A stretch of 64,000 bases of DNA from Promethearchaeota archaeon (GTDB lineage: Archaea > Asgardarchaeota > Lokiarchaeia > Sigyniarchaeales > SOKP01), in the NCBI GenBank assembly GCA_016839765.1, contig JAEOTP010000007.1:64001-128000 (forward strand), given 5' to 3'. Shown piece after piece: positions 1 through 9,190 of this stretch (positions are counted from its first letter, which is position 1; every line of letters starts with the position of its first letter). The notes under the pieces were generated by a model. The model saw nothing but the letters and a program-made list of their open reading frames with translations, did no database searches and had not been told where the DNA came from. The translations under genes were made by a program, and so were the position numbers.

Positions 1-437
1 AGGATACTATTGATGAAATTTTAGACCCTGCTATTAGAAAATCTGGAGGAGAAAAAGAAACTTTAGGAAAAGTTATAATTGGTACGGTAGAAAGTGATGT
101 TCATAGTATTGGGAAAGATCTTGTAGGCTCCTTTCTGTTTGCTAATGGATTTGAAGTATTCAATTTAGGTGTAGAAGTTACCGCTGATGAATTCATCTCT
201 AAAGCGGAAGAGGTCGGAGCGCAGGTAATAGGGTTATCATCTTTGCTTACAATGTCTATGGATTTTCAGAGACAAGTAATTGAAGAATTAAAAAACAGAG
301 GATTAAGAGATAAGTATATTGTAATTGTTGGCGGAGCTCCTACTTCAGAAGATTGGGCAGAACAAATTGGCGCGGATGGTTGGGCAGATGATGCGATTGA
401 GGCGGTAGAACTTATTAACAATTTAATCACAAAATAA
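1..437 (+). CDS. Corrinoid (B12-binding) methyltransferase cognate protein, MttC/MtbC-like, 5'-truncated by window edge
   Basis: Frame is open from base 3 (DTIDEILDP...GKVIIGTVESDVHSIGKDLV...GLSSLLT...VGGAP), with DxHxxG and SxL/GGA cobalamin-binding motifs; the ORF-track start at 243 is internal. Confidence 0.92.
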   Translation, partial: DTIDEILDPAIRKSGGEKETLGKVIIGTVESDVHSIGKDLVGSFLFANGFEVFNLGVEVTADEFISKAEEVGAQVIGLSSLLTMSMDFQRQVIEELKNRGLRDKYIVIVGGAPTSEDWAEQIGADGWADDAIEAVELINNLITK

Positions 438-450
438 AAGGAGTAAAAAG

Positions 451-1980
451 ATGAGATTAAAACATATTGAAGTATTTTCAAAGGATGAAATCCAAGAGAT
501 TCATTCCGCATCCATACAATTATTAACAGATGTTGGAATGAAAATTGATGCCCAAGATGCAAGAAATCTTCTTAAAGAAAATGGTGCTGAAGTAGATACT
601 GAAAGTAAATTTGTGAAATTCCCGGAAGCTCTGATAAGAGAAAAATTAAAAACTGTCCCCGATCATTTTAGACTACATGGTCCAGATGGGCACTTTAATT
701 TTGAAGTAAATACAAAAGATACTATTTTTGCTACTATTGGAACACCAGTAAAAATTTATGACCCGCTCCAGAAAAAAGGAATAAGAAAAACTCTTTTTTC
801 CGATACTATTCAACAGATAAAAATAGTTGATTCTCTTGAGAATATATTATGCTCACATATTGATGTGTGGCCTAACGACATTTCATACATTACTATTCAT
901 GTGCATTGTATTTATCAATGGGCAAAAAACACTAGAAAACCCTATGGATTGGGCTGTCTAGGGAAATTAGCGAGTACAGATATGATGAAAATGACGTCAA
1001 TGATCGTTGGTGGAGAGACAGAATTAATTAAAAGACCTAGGTTAGTTGGATTTATGAATCCAACAAGCCCACTACATCTACCGGTAATTATGACTAATGG
1101 GTTTGCAGTTTTTACAAAATACAAACAACCAACTATTATTGCACCAGAGGCACTTGCAGGATCTTCTGCTCCAGTAACATTAGCTGGATTAATAACTCAA
1201 ACTAATGCCGAAATCCTTGGTAGCATAATCCTTTCTCAAATATATAATCCCGGTGCTCCAGTATTTTATGGAACTGTGTCCCATATAACTGATATGCGTA
1301 CAGGAAATTCTGCAATGGGGTCTCCTGAAATGGGATTAATTACAGCAGGAATTGCACAACTGGCACGTTATTATAATATTCCTTCGCGTGGTCCTGGAGG
1401 AGGTACAGATTCTAAAATTCTCGATATGCAAAATGGAATTGAGCGTTTGCAGACTTTAATGTTAGCAGCTCAAGCAGGAGTAAATTATATCACTTGTGCG
1501 GGAACATATGAAGCTACTTTAGTCGAAGCATTGGAATTATTAGTAATAGATGATGAACTTGCCGGGATGGTACAAAGAGCAATTGAAGGAATTACTGTCA
1601 ATGACGATACAATAGGATTGGATGTTATTAAAAAAGTGGCTACTAGTGAAAAAGAGGGAGTTAATTTCTTGGCTGAAAGACACACTCGAGATCACATGAA
1701 ATCAGAATTATACTTTCCTAAACTATTAGATCGAAATAGACGTACTACATGGTATAAAAAAGGTGCTAAAGATATTATTACTCGTGCACGAGAAAAAGTA
1801 GACCAAATCCTTATAGCTCATAAACCTAACGAATTACTTAAAGATTTGGATAATAAATTGCTTAAATTTATAAAAATTGTTGAATCTAGAACGTTCGATG
1901 ATTATAAAAAAGCAGAGGGTTTAATGGCCTCCAAAATTACATTGCCAGATGGTATTGAAATTAAAGAGAATGACAAATAA
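451..1980 (+). CDS. Trimethylamine methyltransferase (MttB) superfamily protein, non-pyrrolysine
   Basis: 509 aa; IHxAS, NPTSPL, GxxAPVTLAG, TDMRTG, GGTDSK..D.Q motifs; follows the corrinoid protein; no in-frame TAG. Confidence 0.92.
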   Translation: MRLKHIEVFSKDEIQEIHSASIQLLTDVGMKIDAQDARNLLKENGAEVDTESKFVKFPEALIREKLKTVPDHFRLHGPDGHFNFEVNTKDTIFATIGTPVKIYDPLQKKGIRKTLFSDTIQQIKIVDSLENILCSHIDVWPNDISYITIHVHCIYQWAKNTRKPYGLGCLGKLASTDMMKMTSMIVGGETELIKRPRLVGFMNPTSPLHLPVIMTNGFAVFTKYKQPTIIAPEALAGSSAPVTLAGLITQTNAEILGSIILSQIYNPGAPVFYGTVSHITDMRTGNSAMGSPEMGLITAGIAQLARYYNIPSRGPGGGTDSKILDMQNGIERLQTLMLAAQAGVNYITCAGTYEATLVEALELLVIDDELAGMVQRAIEGITVNDDTIGLDVIKKVATSEKEGVNFLAERHTRDHMKSELYFPKLLDRNRRTTWYKKGAKDIITRAREKVDQILIAHKPNELLKDLDNKLLKFIKIVESRTFDDYKKAEGLMASKITLPDGIEIKENDK

Positions 1981-2149
1981 AGTTAATCCTTCATGGTACT
2001 GATAAAATTACAATTGCTATACTAGCAAGAATACCAATAAACATTATAAAAAAAATTAGAATTGCAATTTGTTTCCTTCTCTTCGACCTTTTAAGGGTAC
2101 TTTTTCTAATTTTTCGAGACCTTCCATAACTCATAAGTTACCAATTAAA

Positions 2150-2881
2150 TTAATTTTTCTTTATACTATCATCAACTTCAACTTTTTGTAAAAGCTCCGT
2201 TAGAATAACATTATTATAAGAGAGAAGCATCCTTGGTACGTAATTTTCAGCTAAATAAGCACCATCTTCAACTTCCTCTCTTAATGGAAATAATTGTTTT
2301 TCCTTAATAACAGAGCCTAAATAATTGCGGTCATATTCTTTATATCCAAATAATTTGTTTTTTACAATTATCATTTTTCTTTCATATCCTTCAGGGAGAC
2401 CTGCCTTTTCAAGTATTAAAAGGATTCTTTCTCTGGATAACGATTCTAATAATTCAAGATCTTCTTCAGTCCCTTCATACGCAGGTCCAGTTTGAACTGC
2501 TTCATAATCAATTTCTTCTTCTAGTCCTAACATGACTTTAAACGCAATTGTTTCATTATCTTGGTCAACTGCTGTTATTTTAAATGCAATACCATGCCTA
2601 TCTCTTATTGGAGCTGCCATTTTTGCTGCAATAAATTTCATTCTCGTAGTGGTATTATACCCATGCCATAACCATACTCGATAGTGTTTTGGGTCAATAA
2701 AAAGAAGAATAAAATCATCATCTAATAGATCTTTCAATTCAATCTCAGGATCAATTATTAATTCATCAAAATCTCCAATTTGATCATTAAATTGATAGAC
2801 AATTATGGTTTGCTCTTTTCTACTTACTTTCTCCTCTTCTTTTTTTTCTTCAATGCTTGAAGATGGTGGTTTGTTTGACAT
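2150..2881 (-). CDS. Asgard gelsolin-domain protein (one gelsolin fold plus C-terminal domain)
   Basis: LLDDDFILLFID...RVWLWHGYNTTTRMKFIAAKMAAPIRD...KITAVDQDNETIAF fits the gelsolin repeat pattern (hWxG...K..A...A..I....V.(E/Q)..E...F). Confidence 0.75.
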   Translation of the reverse strand: MSNKPPSSSIEEKKEEEKVSRKEQTIIVYQFNDQIGDFDELIIDPEIELKDLLDDDFILLFIDPKHYRVWLWHGYNTTTRMKFIAAKMAAPIRDRHGIAFKITAVDQDNETIAFKVMLGLEEEIDYEAVQTGPAYEGTEEDLELLESLSRERILLILEKAGLPEGYERKMIIVKNKLFGYKEYDRNYLGSVIKEKQLFPLREEVEDGAYLAENYVPRMLLSYNNVILTELLQKVEVDDSIKKN

Positions 2882-3067
2882 ATTAAATTAAAAAAATAGT
2901 ATTCAAGTCTATATTAGTTATTAGTTTTAATAATATATTATTATTTTTTGTATTAAAATAGATAGGTTGGTTCTCAAGAATTTTATAATTTATGTAATAA
3001 TCAATTAATTAATCGTCCTAAATGTATTTTTTTAATAAAACCTAAATAAAGGTTAAACTAAAATTAA

Positions 3068-3152
3068 GCGGGAATTGCCAAGTCTGGCCAAAGGCGCTGG
3101 ACTCAGAATCCAGTCTCGTAGGGGTTCGGGGGTTCAAATCCCTCTTCCCGCA
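3068..3152 (+). tRNA. tRNA-Leu(CAG)
   Basis: GCGGGAA/TTCCCGC acceptor stem, CTGGA-CTCAGAA-TCCAG anticodon arm, long variable arm, GGTTCAAATCC T-arm; CCA not encoded. Confidence 0.97.
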
Positions 3153-3183
3153 TTTATTTTTTTTATAAGAAAATAACTATATA

Positions 3184-5337
3184 TTAAACCAAACTCAATT
3201 TATTATTACAACTGGGGCAAAATAGGGGTAATTCTTGTTCACATGATTCTAGTATATCACTATTTAGCATCTTTCTCCAGCATACTAGTTTATCTTCTGA
3301 TTGAATCATATCTCTTCCATGATGTTGAGGTATAATCCGTTTTGTTTTACAGTTCTCGCAAATTATCATAATTGATTCTGTATTAATATTATCGGAAGAG
3401 ATTTCAGAAATTTTATTTTTATAACGAAATATTCTCATAGCGTTCAACATTACGGCGAGTGAAACTCCCATATCGCCAATTCCTACAGCTAACCATAATG
3501 TCATTAACCCAATGACCGTTAAAACAGCAAAAGACACTTTAATACTAATTGATGCCCAGATATTTTGTTTTATAATTTTATTTGTTTTCTTTGAGATATC
3601 AATAAAATCAATAATTTTTTTAAGATCATCATTTATAATGATAACATCAGCAGTTTCTAAGGTAAGATCTGTAGCAGAAGCACCAATGGCTATTCCTAGA
3701 TCTGATAACGCTAAAGCAGGAGCGTCATTTATTCCATCTCCCACCATCGCAACACCTTTATAATTAGCTTTTAATTTTTTAATTTCCTCCAATTTTTGGT
3801 CTGGCAATAGTTCACCGTATATATTATCTATATCTAAACAATAACCAATTGTATTGCATACATTTTGATTATCACCTGATATTAGAATAGATTTATATTT
3901 TCTTCTTTTCAAACCATCTATTAATAAAGGAGAAGTTATTCTTAAGACATCTCGAATAGAAATTAATCCAATTAGTCCATTATTTCCAACCAATATTGGG
4001 ATAGTTCCATTCTCTTCAATTTCTTTTAATTCTTCAATTGGTAGATTAAAATTAAGCTCATTAAAAAATTTCTGGCTACCAATATAATATAATCTTCCGT
4101 TAATCTCTCCCTTTATTCCCATTCCTTTTGAGATTTCAAAATTAGTGACATTCAATAAATCAACATTCATCCTTTTAGCTTGGCTAACAATTGCTTGACC
4201 AATAGGATGTTCTGAAAGTGATTCTAAACTCGCTGCGATGCCTAATATTGCATTCTCATCATATCCCCCATAAGCTCTAACCTCAAAAACTTTAAGAGAT
4301 CCCTCCGTTAGCGTCCCAGTTTTATCAAATGCAATTGCTTGAATTTTATCAACTTTTTCAATAAATACATTTCCTTTTACTAAGATACCTTCTTTTGCCA
4401 ATTTTGTGAGCGCTGTAATATTTGCTAATGGCGTTGAGAGTGTTAAAGCACAAGGGCATGATACTACTAGCAAAATTAAGCCACGATAGAACCAATTATT
4501 AAAATCTAATCGAAATATTAACGGAGGTAATATCATTACTATAAGTGACATAATTAGTATTATTGGAGTATAATACTTGGCAAACTTCTCAATAAATTTC
4601 TCACTTTTACTTTTATTTTGCTGTGCTTCTTTTATACTTCGTGCAATTTGAGCTACAACAGTATCATTGGTTTCTCTAATTACTTCAACGTCAACAAAAC
4701 CCTCAGAATTAATACTAGCAGCAAAGACCTCATCTCCTTCAATTTTAAATACTGGTAAAGATTCACCCGTAATTGTACTTTCATCAAAATACGATTTACC
4801 TTTTATAATAATACCATCTAAAGGAACTTTCATTGCTGGTTTCACACCTATTATATCTCCCTTTTTAATTTGGATAGCTGGTACAGAAATATACTCATTT
4901 CCTTTTTTTAACAATGCTTCATTAGGAGATAATTCAAGTAATTCTTTAATTGCATCTCGAGATTTATCTGTGGTAAGTTCTTCTATATGTTCTGCAATAG
5001 CATATAGTAGTATGGCAGTTGCGCCTTCTTGACCATGGAGAATAAAAAAGGAAGCAATAGTTGCAATTATCATTAAAATATTTGCCGTTATTTTTTTATT
5101 AATTACATCTTTAATTGCTTCTTTAACTACACCATAACTAGATAGAATTATCGAAAAGATTGCTAACAATTGGCCTATCAAGACTTCTTCAAAAGCAAAT
5201 TCCAAAAAAATAGCTATTGTTAATAGTATTGCAGAAGGTATTATGAAATACCAAAACTTTTTCTCAAAAAAAGTGCTTTCTTCTATTTCTTCTATGTTAA
5301 TATCACAAGCAGCGTGTGAACATTCAAAATGAGAGAT
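3184..5337 (-). CDS. P1B-type heavy-metal (Zn/Cd/Co-like) translocating ATPase with C-terminal Cys/His-rich domain
   Basis: TGES, SCPC, DKTGT, SEHP, GDGINDAP motifs; frame extends 44 codons upstream of the TTG at 5205 to an ATC at 5337, which follows a GGTGA RBS. Confidence 0.9.
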   Translation of the reverse strand: MSHFECSHAACDINIEEIEESTFFEKKFWYFIIPSAILLTIAIFLEFAFEEVLIGQLLAIFSIILSSYGVVKEAIKDVINKKITANILMIIATIASFFILHGQEGATAILLYAIAEHIEELTTDKSRDAIKELLELSPNEALLKKGNEYISVPAIQIKKGDIIGVKPAMKVPLDGIIIKGKSYFDESTITGESLPVFKIEGDEVFAASINSEGFVDVEVIRETNDTVVAQIARSIKEAQQNKSKSEKFIEKFAKYYTPIILIMSLIVMILPPLIFRLDFNNWFYRGLILLVVSCPCALTLSTPLANITALTKLAKEGILVKGNVFIEKVDKIQAIAFDKTGTLTEGSLKVFEVRAYGGYDENAILGIAASLESLSEHPIGQAIVSQAKRMNVDLLNVTNFEISKGMGIKGEINGRLYYIGSQKFFNELNFNLPIEELKEIEENGTIPILVGNNGLIGLISIRDVLRITSPLLIDGLKRRKYKSILISGDNQNVCNTIGYCLDIDNIYGELLPDQKLEEIKKLKANYKGVAMVGDGINDAPALALSDLGIAIGASATDLTLETADVIIINDDLKKIIDFIDISKKTNKIIKQNIWASISIKVSFAVLTVIGLMTLWLAVGIGDMGVSLAVMLNAMRIFRYKNKISEISSDNINTESIMIICENCKTKRIIPQHHGRDMIQSEDKLVCWRKMLNSDILESCEQELPLFCPSCNNKLSLV

Positions 5338-5477
5338 TTTTTATCACCTAATTTAAAAATACTGAAGAAAACATAAAAACTTGATATTTATGGATAATAA
5401 AAAAAAATCCGTTCTAAAGTTATTAGATATTGATATTTAGTTAAATTTATTATTTTTCAAAAAAAATTCTAAAAAAT

Positions 5478-6359
5478 TTACTTGATAACATATACTAATT
5501 TTTGACCCTCATCTAGAGGAAGGTTTAATTTTTTTCTAATTTCATTTCTTATCAAATATCCACCTACATGAAGAATAGAATCTTTTAAAATTGAGTCTTG
5601 GTCCATGGAAGCATTACACGGATATGAATGATGTGCTTTACTAATTCTTTCATTTAAACTGAGTTCTCCATTACTAATATATTTACTCTTTAATTGTTGT
5701 AGTATAAAATAAGTTGAGCCACATGGAGCACTTTGTAGAACACAGCTGTCTAAAATAGCGTTTCCCTCTTTATTTAATAAAAACGAAATTATAGGAACGC
5801 CTATTTTAAAGTATTCAATAAATTCTAATATGTAATTTCTATCTTTAGTGATATTGAACCCTTCTCTATTATGTTCATTAAGCTCTTTGCTCAATGAACA
5901 GAAAGGTTTCGGAAAAGCGGCTTGAATACCAAATTGCTCAAAATCATTTATAATTTGCACTTGTAATCCCGGTGGAACCCATTTCGGGTTTTCAATTGGA
6001 ACTATAACAGCCTTTATTTTTGTATTCTTCAGATATTCAGGTAATCCTGATAGTAAATCTTGATGAATCCCAACGACTAATAAAAACTCCACCTGTGGTA
6101 TATTTTTTGGTAAATAATCCTCAGGGTTTTCTATAAAACCTGGAACATTTTCTCCAATTTTCTCATAGAAGTAAACAGAACCTGAATAATTTTTTAAATT
6201 TTCTCTACAATGGTCACACTTTACATTTTGTTCGTATAATTCACATGCTTTACAGAATTGATCATCATTAATAAGATTTCCAATAAATTTTTGAGCTAAC
6301 ATCTCTGTATCGGGATCTGCGCCATAGAATACTCCAAGTTTATAATGCTTATCGTTCAT
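5478..6359 (-). CDS. DUF166 family protein
   Basis: HQDL, FPKPFCSL, SAPCGST, YPCNASM..D..LHxGG motifs typical of archaeal DUF166. Confidence 0.75.
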   Translation of the reverse strand: MNDKHYKLGVFYGADPDTEMLAQKFIGNLINDDQFCKACELYEQNVKCDHCRENLKNYSGSVYFYEKIGENVPGFIENPEDYLPKNIPQVEFLLVVGIHQDLLSGLPEYLKNTKIKAVIVPIENPKWVPPGLQVQIINDFEQFGIQAAFPKPFCSLSKELNEHNREGFNITKDRNYILEFIEYFKIGVPIISFLLNKEGNAILDSCVLQSAPCGSTYFILQQLKSKYISNGELSLNERISKAHHSYPCNASMDQDSILKDSILHVGGYLIRNEIRKKLNLPLDEGQKLVYVIK

Positions 6360-6580
6360 TATGAATTATATTTAGTTATTACTTTTATTTATAATTCTAA
6401 TATTTTAAAAACCTTATAATTTTTAACCCGAACATCTTCATTTGCTTTATAATTTCAATTTTAAATAATAATATAGTGAAGAAAGGATTAATATGAGGCA
6501 TTATAATTTAAATACTATATGCATTATGCTTATCATATAATATATTATTTTAAAAAGAAATTTTTTCACTCTATTACGAA

Positions 6581-7417
6581 ATGGAGATTTTAGAAATAAG
6601 AAAAGAAATAATCATTGATTTAAGGAATGAAATTCCAGAATTAGTGGACAAATTTAACCATTTCATATTAAAAAAGTTACCTAGTAAAAAAAACTCCGTT
6701 TTAAATATAGTGTTTAACCAGAAAACGGATCGATTTCCTAAAGAATTTATAATTAAATTATTTAGAACTGATAAATCTAAAAATGAATATTATACCTTGA
6801 ATAATTTAACAAAACAAGAAATAAAATTGCCAAAAATTCTCTTTTTTAAAGAACCATACTTATTTCTTAAGAAAATAAAAGGAGTAAATCTATGTGATTT
6901 CATTAATGATAAATTGCGAAATGTTGTAAGTATAGATGATTTAGATCCAGAATCTAAAGAAGGAATATTTGAAGGTTTAAACAAATTAGCTGCCTGGTTA
7001 GCTCAGTTACATAATATGAATATTGTAGATGCTTCTGACAATTCAAAAATCATCGTTTTAAACAAAGGAGACACAAGATTGAGAGATTTTATTTATAACA
7101 TTGATAAAAATAAAATATCTGGAGTCGATTTTGAAGATTCCTACAATGGAAATCATTTAGATGATATTACATGGATTTGTTGTTCCTTACTTGATACTAA
7201 TCCCGGAATATTTGAATTAGATAATCCAAAATTAAAGATTGATTTGATTAATTACTTTTTACAAAGTTATTATAAAATAAATACTAATTTTCACTTTGAT
7301 TATAATTATTTTGTAGGACAACTGATTGAAAACCTTAATCTCGTAATGAGAAGAAGAAATATCAATTTAACTCTTGATAAAGCATACTTTATTGAAGATA
7401 TTTCAAAAGAACTCTAA
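6581..7417 (+). CDS. Protein kinase-like (APH/RIO/Bud32-type) phosphotransferase
   Basis: IIKLF...NEY, LAxWLAxLH, NKGDTRLRDF catalytic loop, GVDFE, DDI motifs. Confidence 0.75.
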   Translation: MEILEIRKEIIIDLRNEIPELVDKFNHFILKKLPSKKNSVLNIVFNQKTDRFPKEFIIKLFRTDKSKNEYYTLNNLTKQEIKLPKILFFKEPYLFLKKIKGVNLCDFINDKLRNVVSIDDLDPESKEGIFEGLNKLAAWLAQLHNMNIVDASDNSKIIVLNKGDTRLRDFIYNIDKNKISGVDFEDSYNGNHLDDITWICCSLLDTNPGIFELDNPKLKIDLINYFLQSYYKINTNFHFDYNYFVGQLIENLNLVMRRRNINLTLDKAYFIEDISKEL

Positions 7418-7524
7418 TAACTTTTCTTCTCCTTTTTAAAACTTCCTTCTTAAAAAAGCATATTTAATAATAATTACCCTATACATTTATTATAATTTTA
7501 TTCAAAATTGTAGGAGATTTAGTA

Positions 7525-8277
7525 ATGAGTACACCATTATTAGACGCAAAAACCTCGTTAAAGAAAATATTATCTAATGTTGATTATTTAGAGAGCTTAA
7601 ATAAGGATTATATACCTAAATTAAAAGAATTACCAACAAATTTACTAGAGGCTATTCAAAAACTTGAAGATGAGAAAAATGGAATATTGAAGTCAATCGA
7701 TCATAATTCAGATGAAATAAATTCATATAAAAATAAAATAACTGAAAATCAGAGGGAAGTTTCAAAACTCGAGGAATCTAACAGTGACTTAACACAACAG
7801 CGTCAAAACCTTATGGATAAGATACAAAATAAGCAAAATCAATTAAAAGCGACTAACGATACTATTAGAGTAAAAAATGAAGAATTTTCAAACCGTACGA
7901 AACGATTGAATGAGTTAGAGAATAAAATCATAGACTTATCCAGAGAATTACTTCAATCTGAAGATAATTTAAAACAGATTGAGAAAGATCTTGAAAATAC
8001 TTTTCTCAAAAAAGAACGACAAGTCCAGAACTTTGGATATTGCGTGCAAGCAATGAAAATTCTTATTAATAAAAAATATATAAATTCATCATTATATCAA
8101 TTCATAAGAGCATTACAAGTAGGAAGTGCATTAGAAGTAAAAAATATCTTATTAGCAATCGATATGAGGGAAGATCAAGCAATAAAGATTCTTAGTAAAA
8201 TGTTAGAAGAAAATGGTCCAATTGAATTTGATTCAGCAACCGGGACAGTAACATTAAAACAGGAGGTGGATTTCTGA
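7525..8277 (+). CDS. Coiled-coil protein with C-terminal winged-helix-like domain (A)
   Basis: About 150 aa of heptad repeats, then a helix-turn-helix with beta-wing (GPIEFDSATGTVTL); GGAG RBS. Confidence 0.7.
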   Translation: MSTPLLDAKTSLKKILSNVDYLESLNKDYIPKLKELPTNLLEAIQKLEDEKNGILKSIDHNSDEINSYKNKITENQREVSKLEESNSDLTQQRQNLMDKIQNKQNQLKATNDTIRVKNEEFSNRTKRLNELENKIIDLSRELLQSEDNLKQIEKDLENTFLKKERQVQNFGYCVQAMKILINKKYINSSLYQFIRALQVGSALEVKNILLAIDMREDQAIKILSKMLEENGPIEFDSATGTVTLKQEVDF

Positions 8278-9014
8278 TGAGCTCAAACTTAAAGGATGTG
8301 TTCGGATTGATTGAAACACTCGAAAAATCTTTAGATGGATATCAGCAATTTTTTCAAAAAACTCACGAAACTTTAACACAAGATTTGAGTACTGCTTGGA
8401 AAAGAATGAAAGATGAACAAAAAGAAATTGAAGATTTTGAAGCCGTTGTTCGTTCACAAAATTCCGAACTTACTGAATTAAAGCTTAAATCTGACGAATT
8501 AGATAAGAAACTTACTGAAGTACAGAAGATAAAAAGTGAATTGACGTCAAAAATTTCTGAATTAAATAGTTCTTTAGAAACGGTAAATGATGACCTTAAA
8601 ACACCTCAATTAGAATTAGAAAATTTAATGACAAAGTTAAATTCTTTAAATCAAAAGATTATGTCGAAAGAAGATGAAAAATCTGCGATGGATCAGAAAA
8701 AAATGGATTACCAGAATCGCGAGAATTACCTACAAACTACATATACGGAAGAAAAAATGGCTGATCTGAATACGAAATTATCTCAGTTAAAAAGAAATAA
8801 TTTCTTTACGTCGTTTTTAATTGAAAATTCTGAAGAAAAAATTCCAGAAGTAGATATTATCGCAACTATAATGACCCAAGGAAGTGTGAATCTCGATGAA
8901 CTCAAGAAACTACTCGATGTCCCCCCAATTATGGCAGTTAGAACAATTAAACAGCTAGCAATTGCTGGAATTATAAATTTAGATGAAGATACTAATATAA
9001 TCACTATGCCTTAG
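8277..9014 (+). CDS. Coiled-coil protein with C-terminal winged-helix-like domain (B)
   Basis: TGATG overlap with the upstream gene, GGAGGTG RBS; heptads, then GSVNLDELKKLLDVPPIMAVRTIKQLAIAGIINLDEDTNIIT. Confidence 0.72.
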   Translation: MSSNLKDVFGLIETLEKSLDGYQQFFQKTHETLTQDLSTAWKRMKDEQKEIEDFEAVVRSQNSELTELKLKSDELDKKLTEVQKIKSELTSKISELNSSLETVNDDLKTPQLELENLMTKLNSLNQKIMSKEDEKSAMDQKKMDYQNRENYLQTTYTEEKMADLNTKLSQLKRNNFFTSFLIENSEEKIPEVDIIATIMTQGSVNLDELKKLLDVPPIMAVRTIKQLAIAGIINLDEDTNIITMP

Positions 9015-9190
9015 AATTTATGAAATTGAATATTTTTTGTTTTTTCTTTTTTTAAAAATTAAATATTATTCTATATATTTTAATTAAGGGCTATATCCCT
9101 ATTCTATCGTTATTTCCCACCATACATAACACTTATAAATCATTTCAATTTATCATTCTTAACATATTTACATAAAACAAATAGATTAGA

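Noticed and set aside
451-1980. Pyrrolysine recoding in MttB
   Set aside because: The ORF is uninterrupted, with no in-frame TAG
3068-3152. Integrated element at tRNA-Leu or tRNA-Ala
   Set aside because: No duplicated tRNA 3' end or integrase was found by eye in the window
7525-9014. SMC or ESCRT-III/CdvB assignment for the coiled-coil pair
   Set aside because: No Walker motifs or hinge; continuous heptads do not fit the Snf7 basic-acidic hairpin pattern
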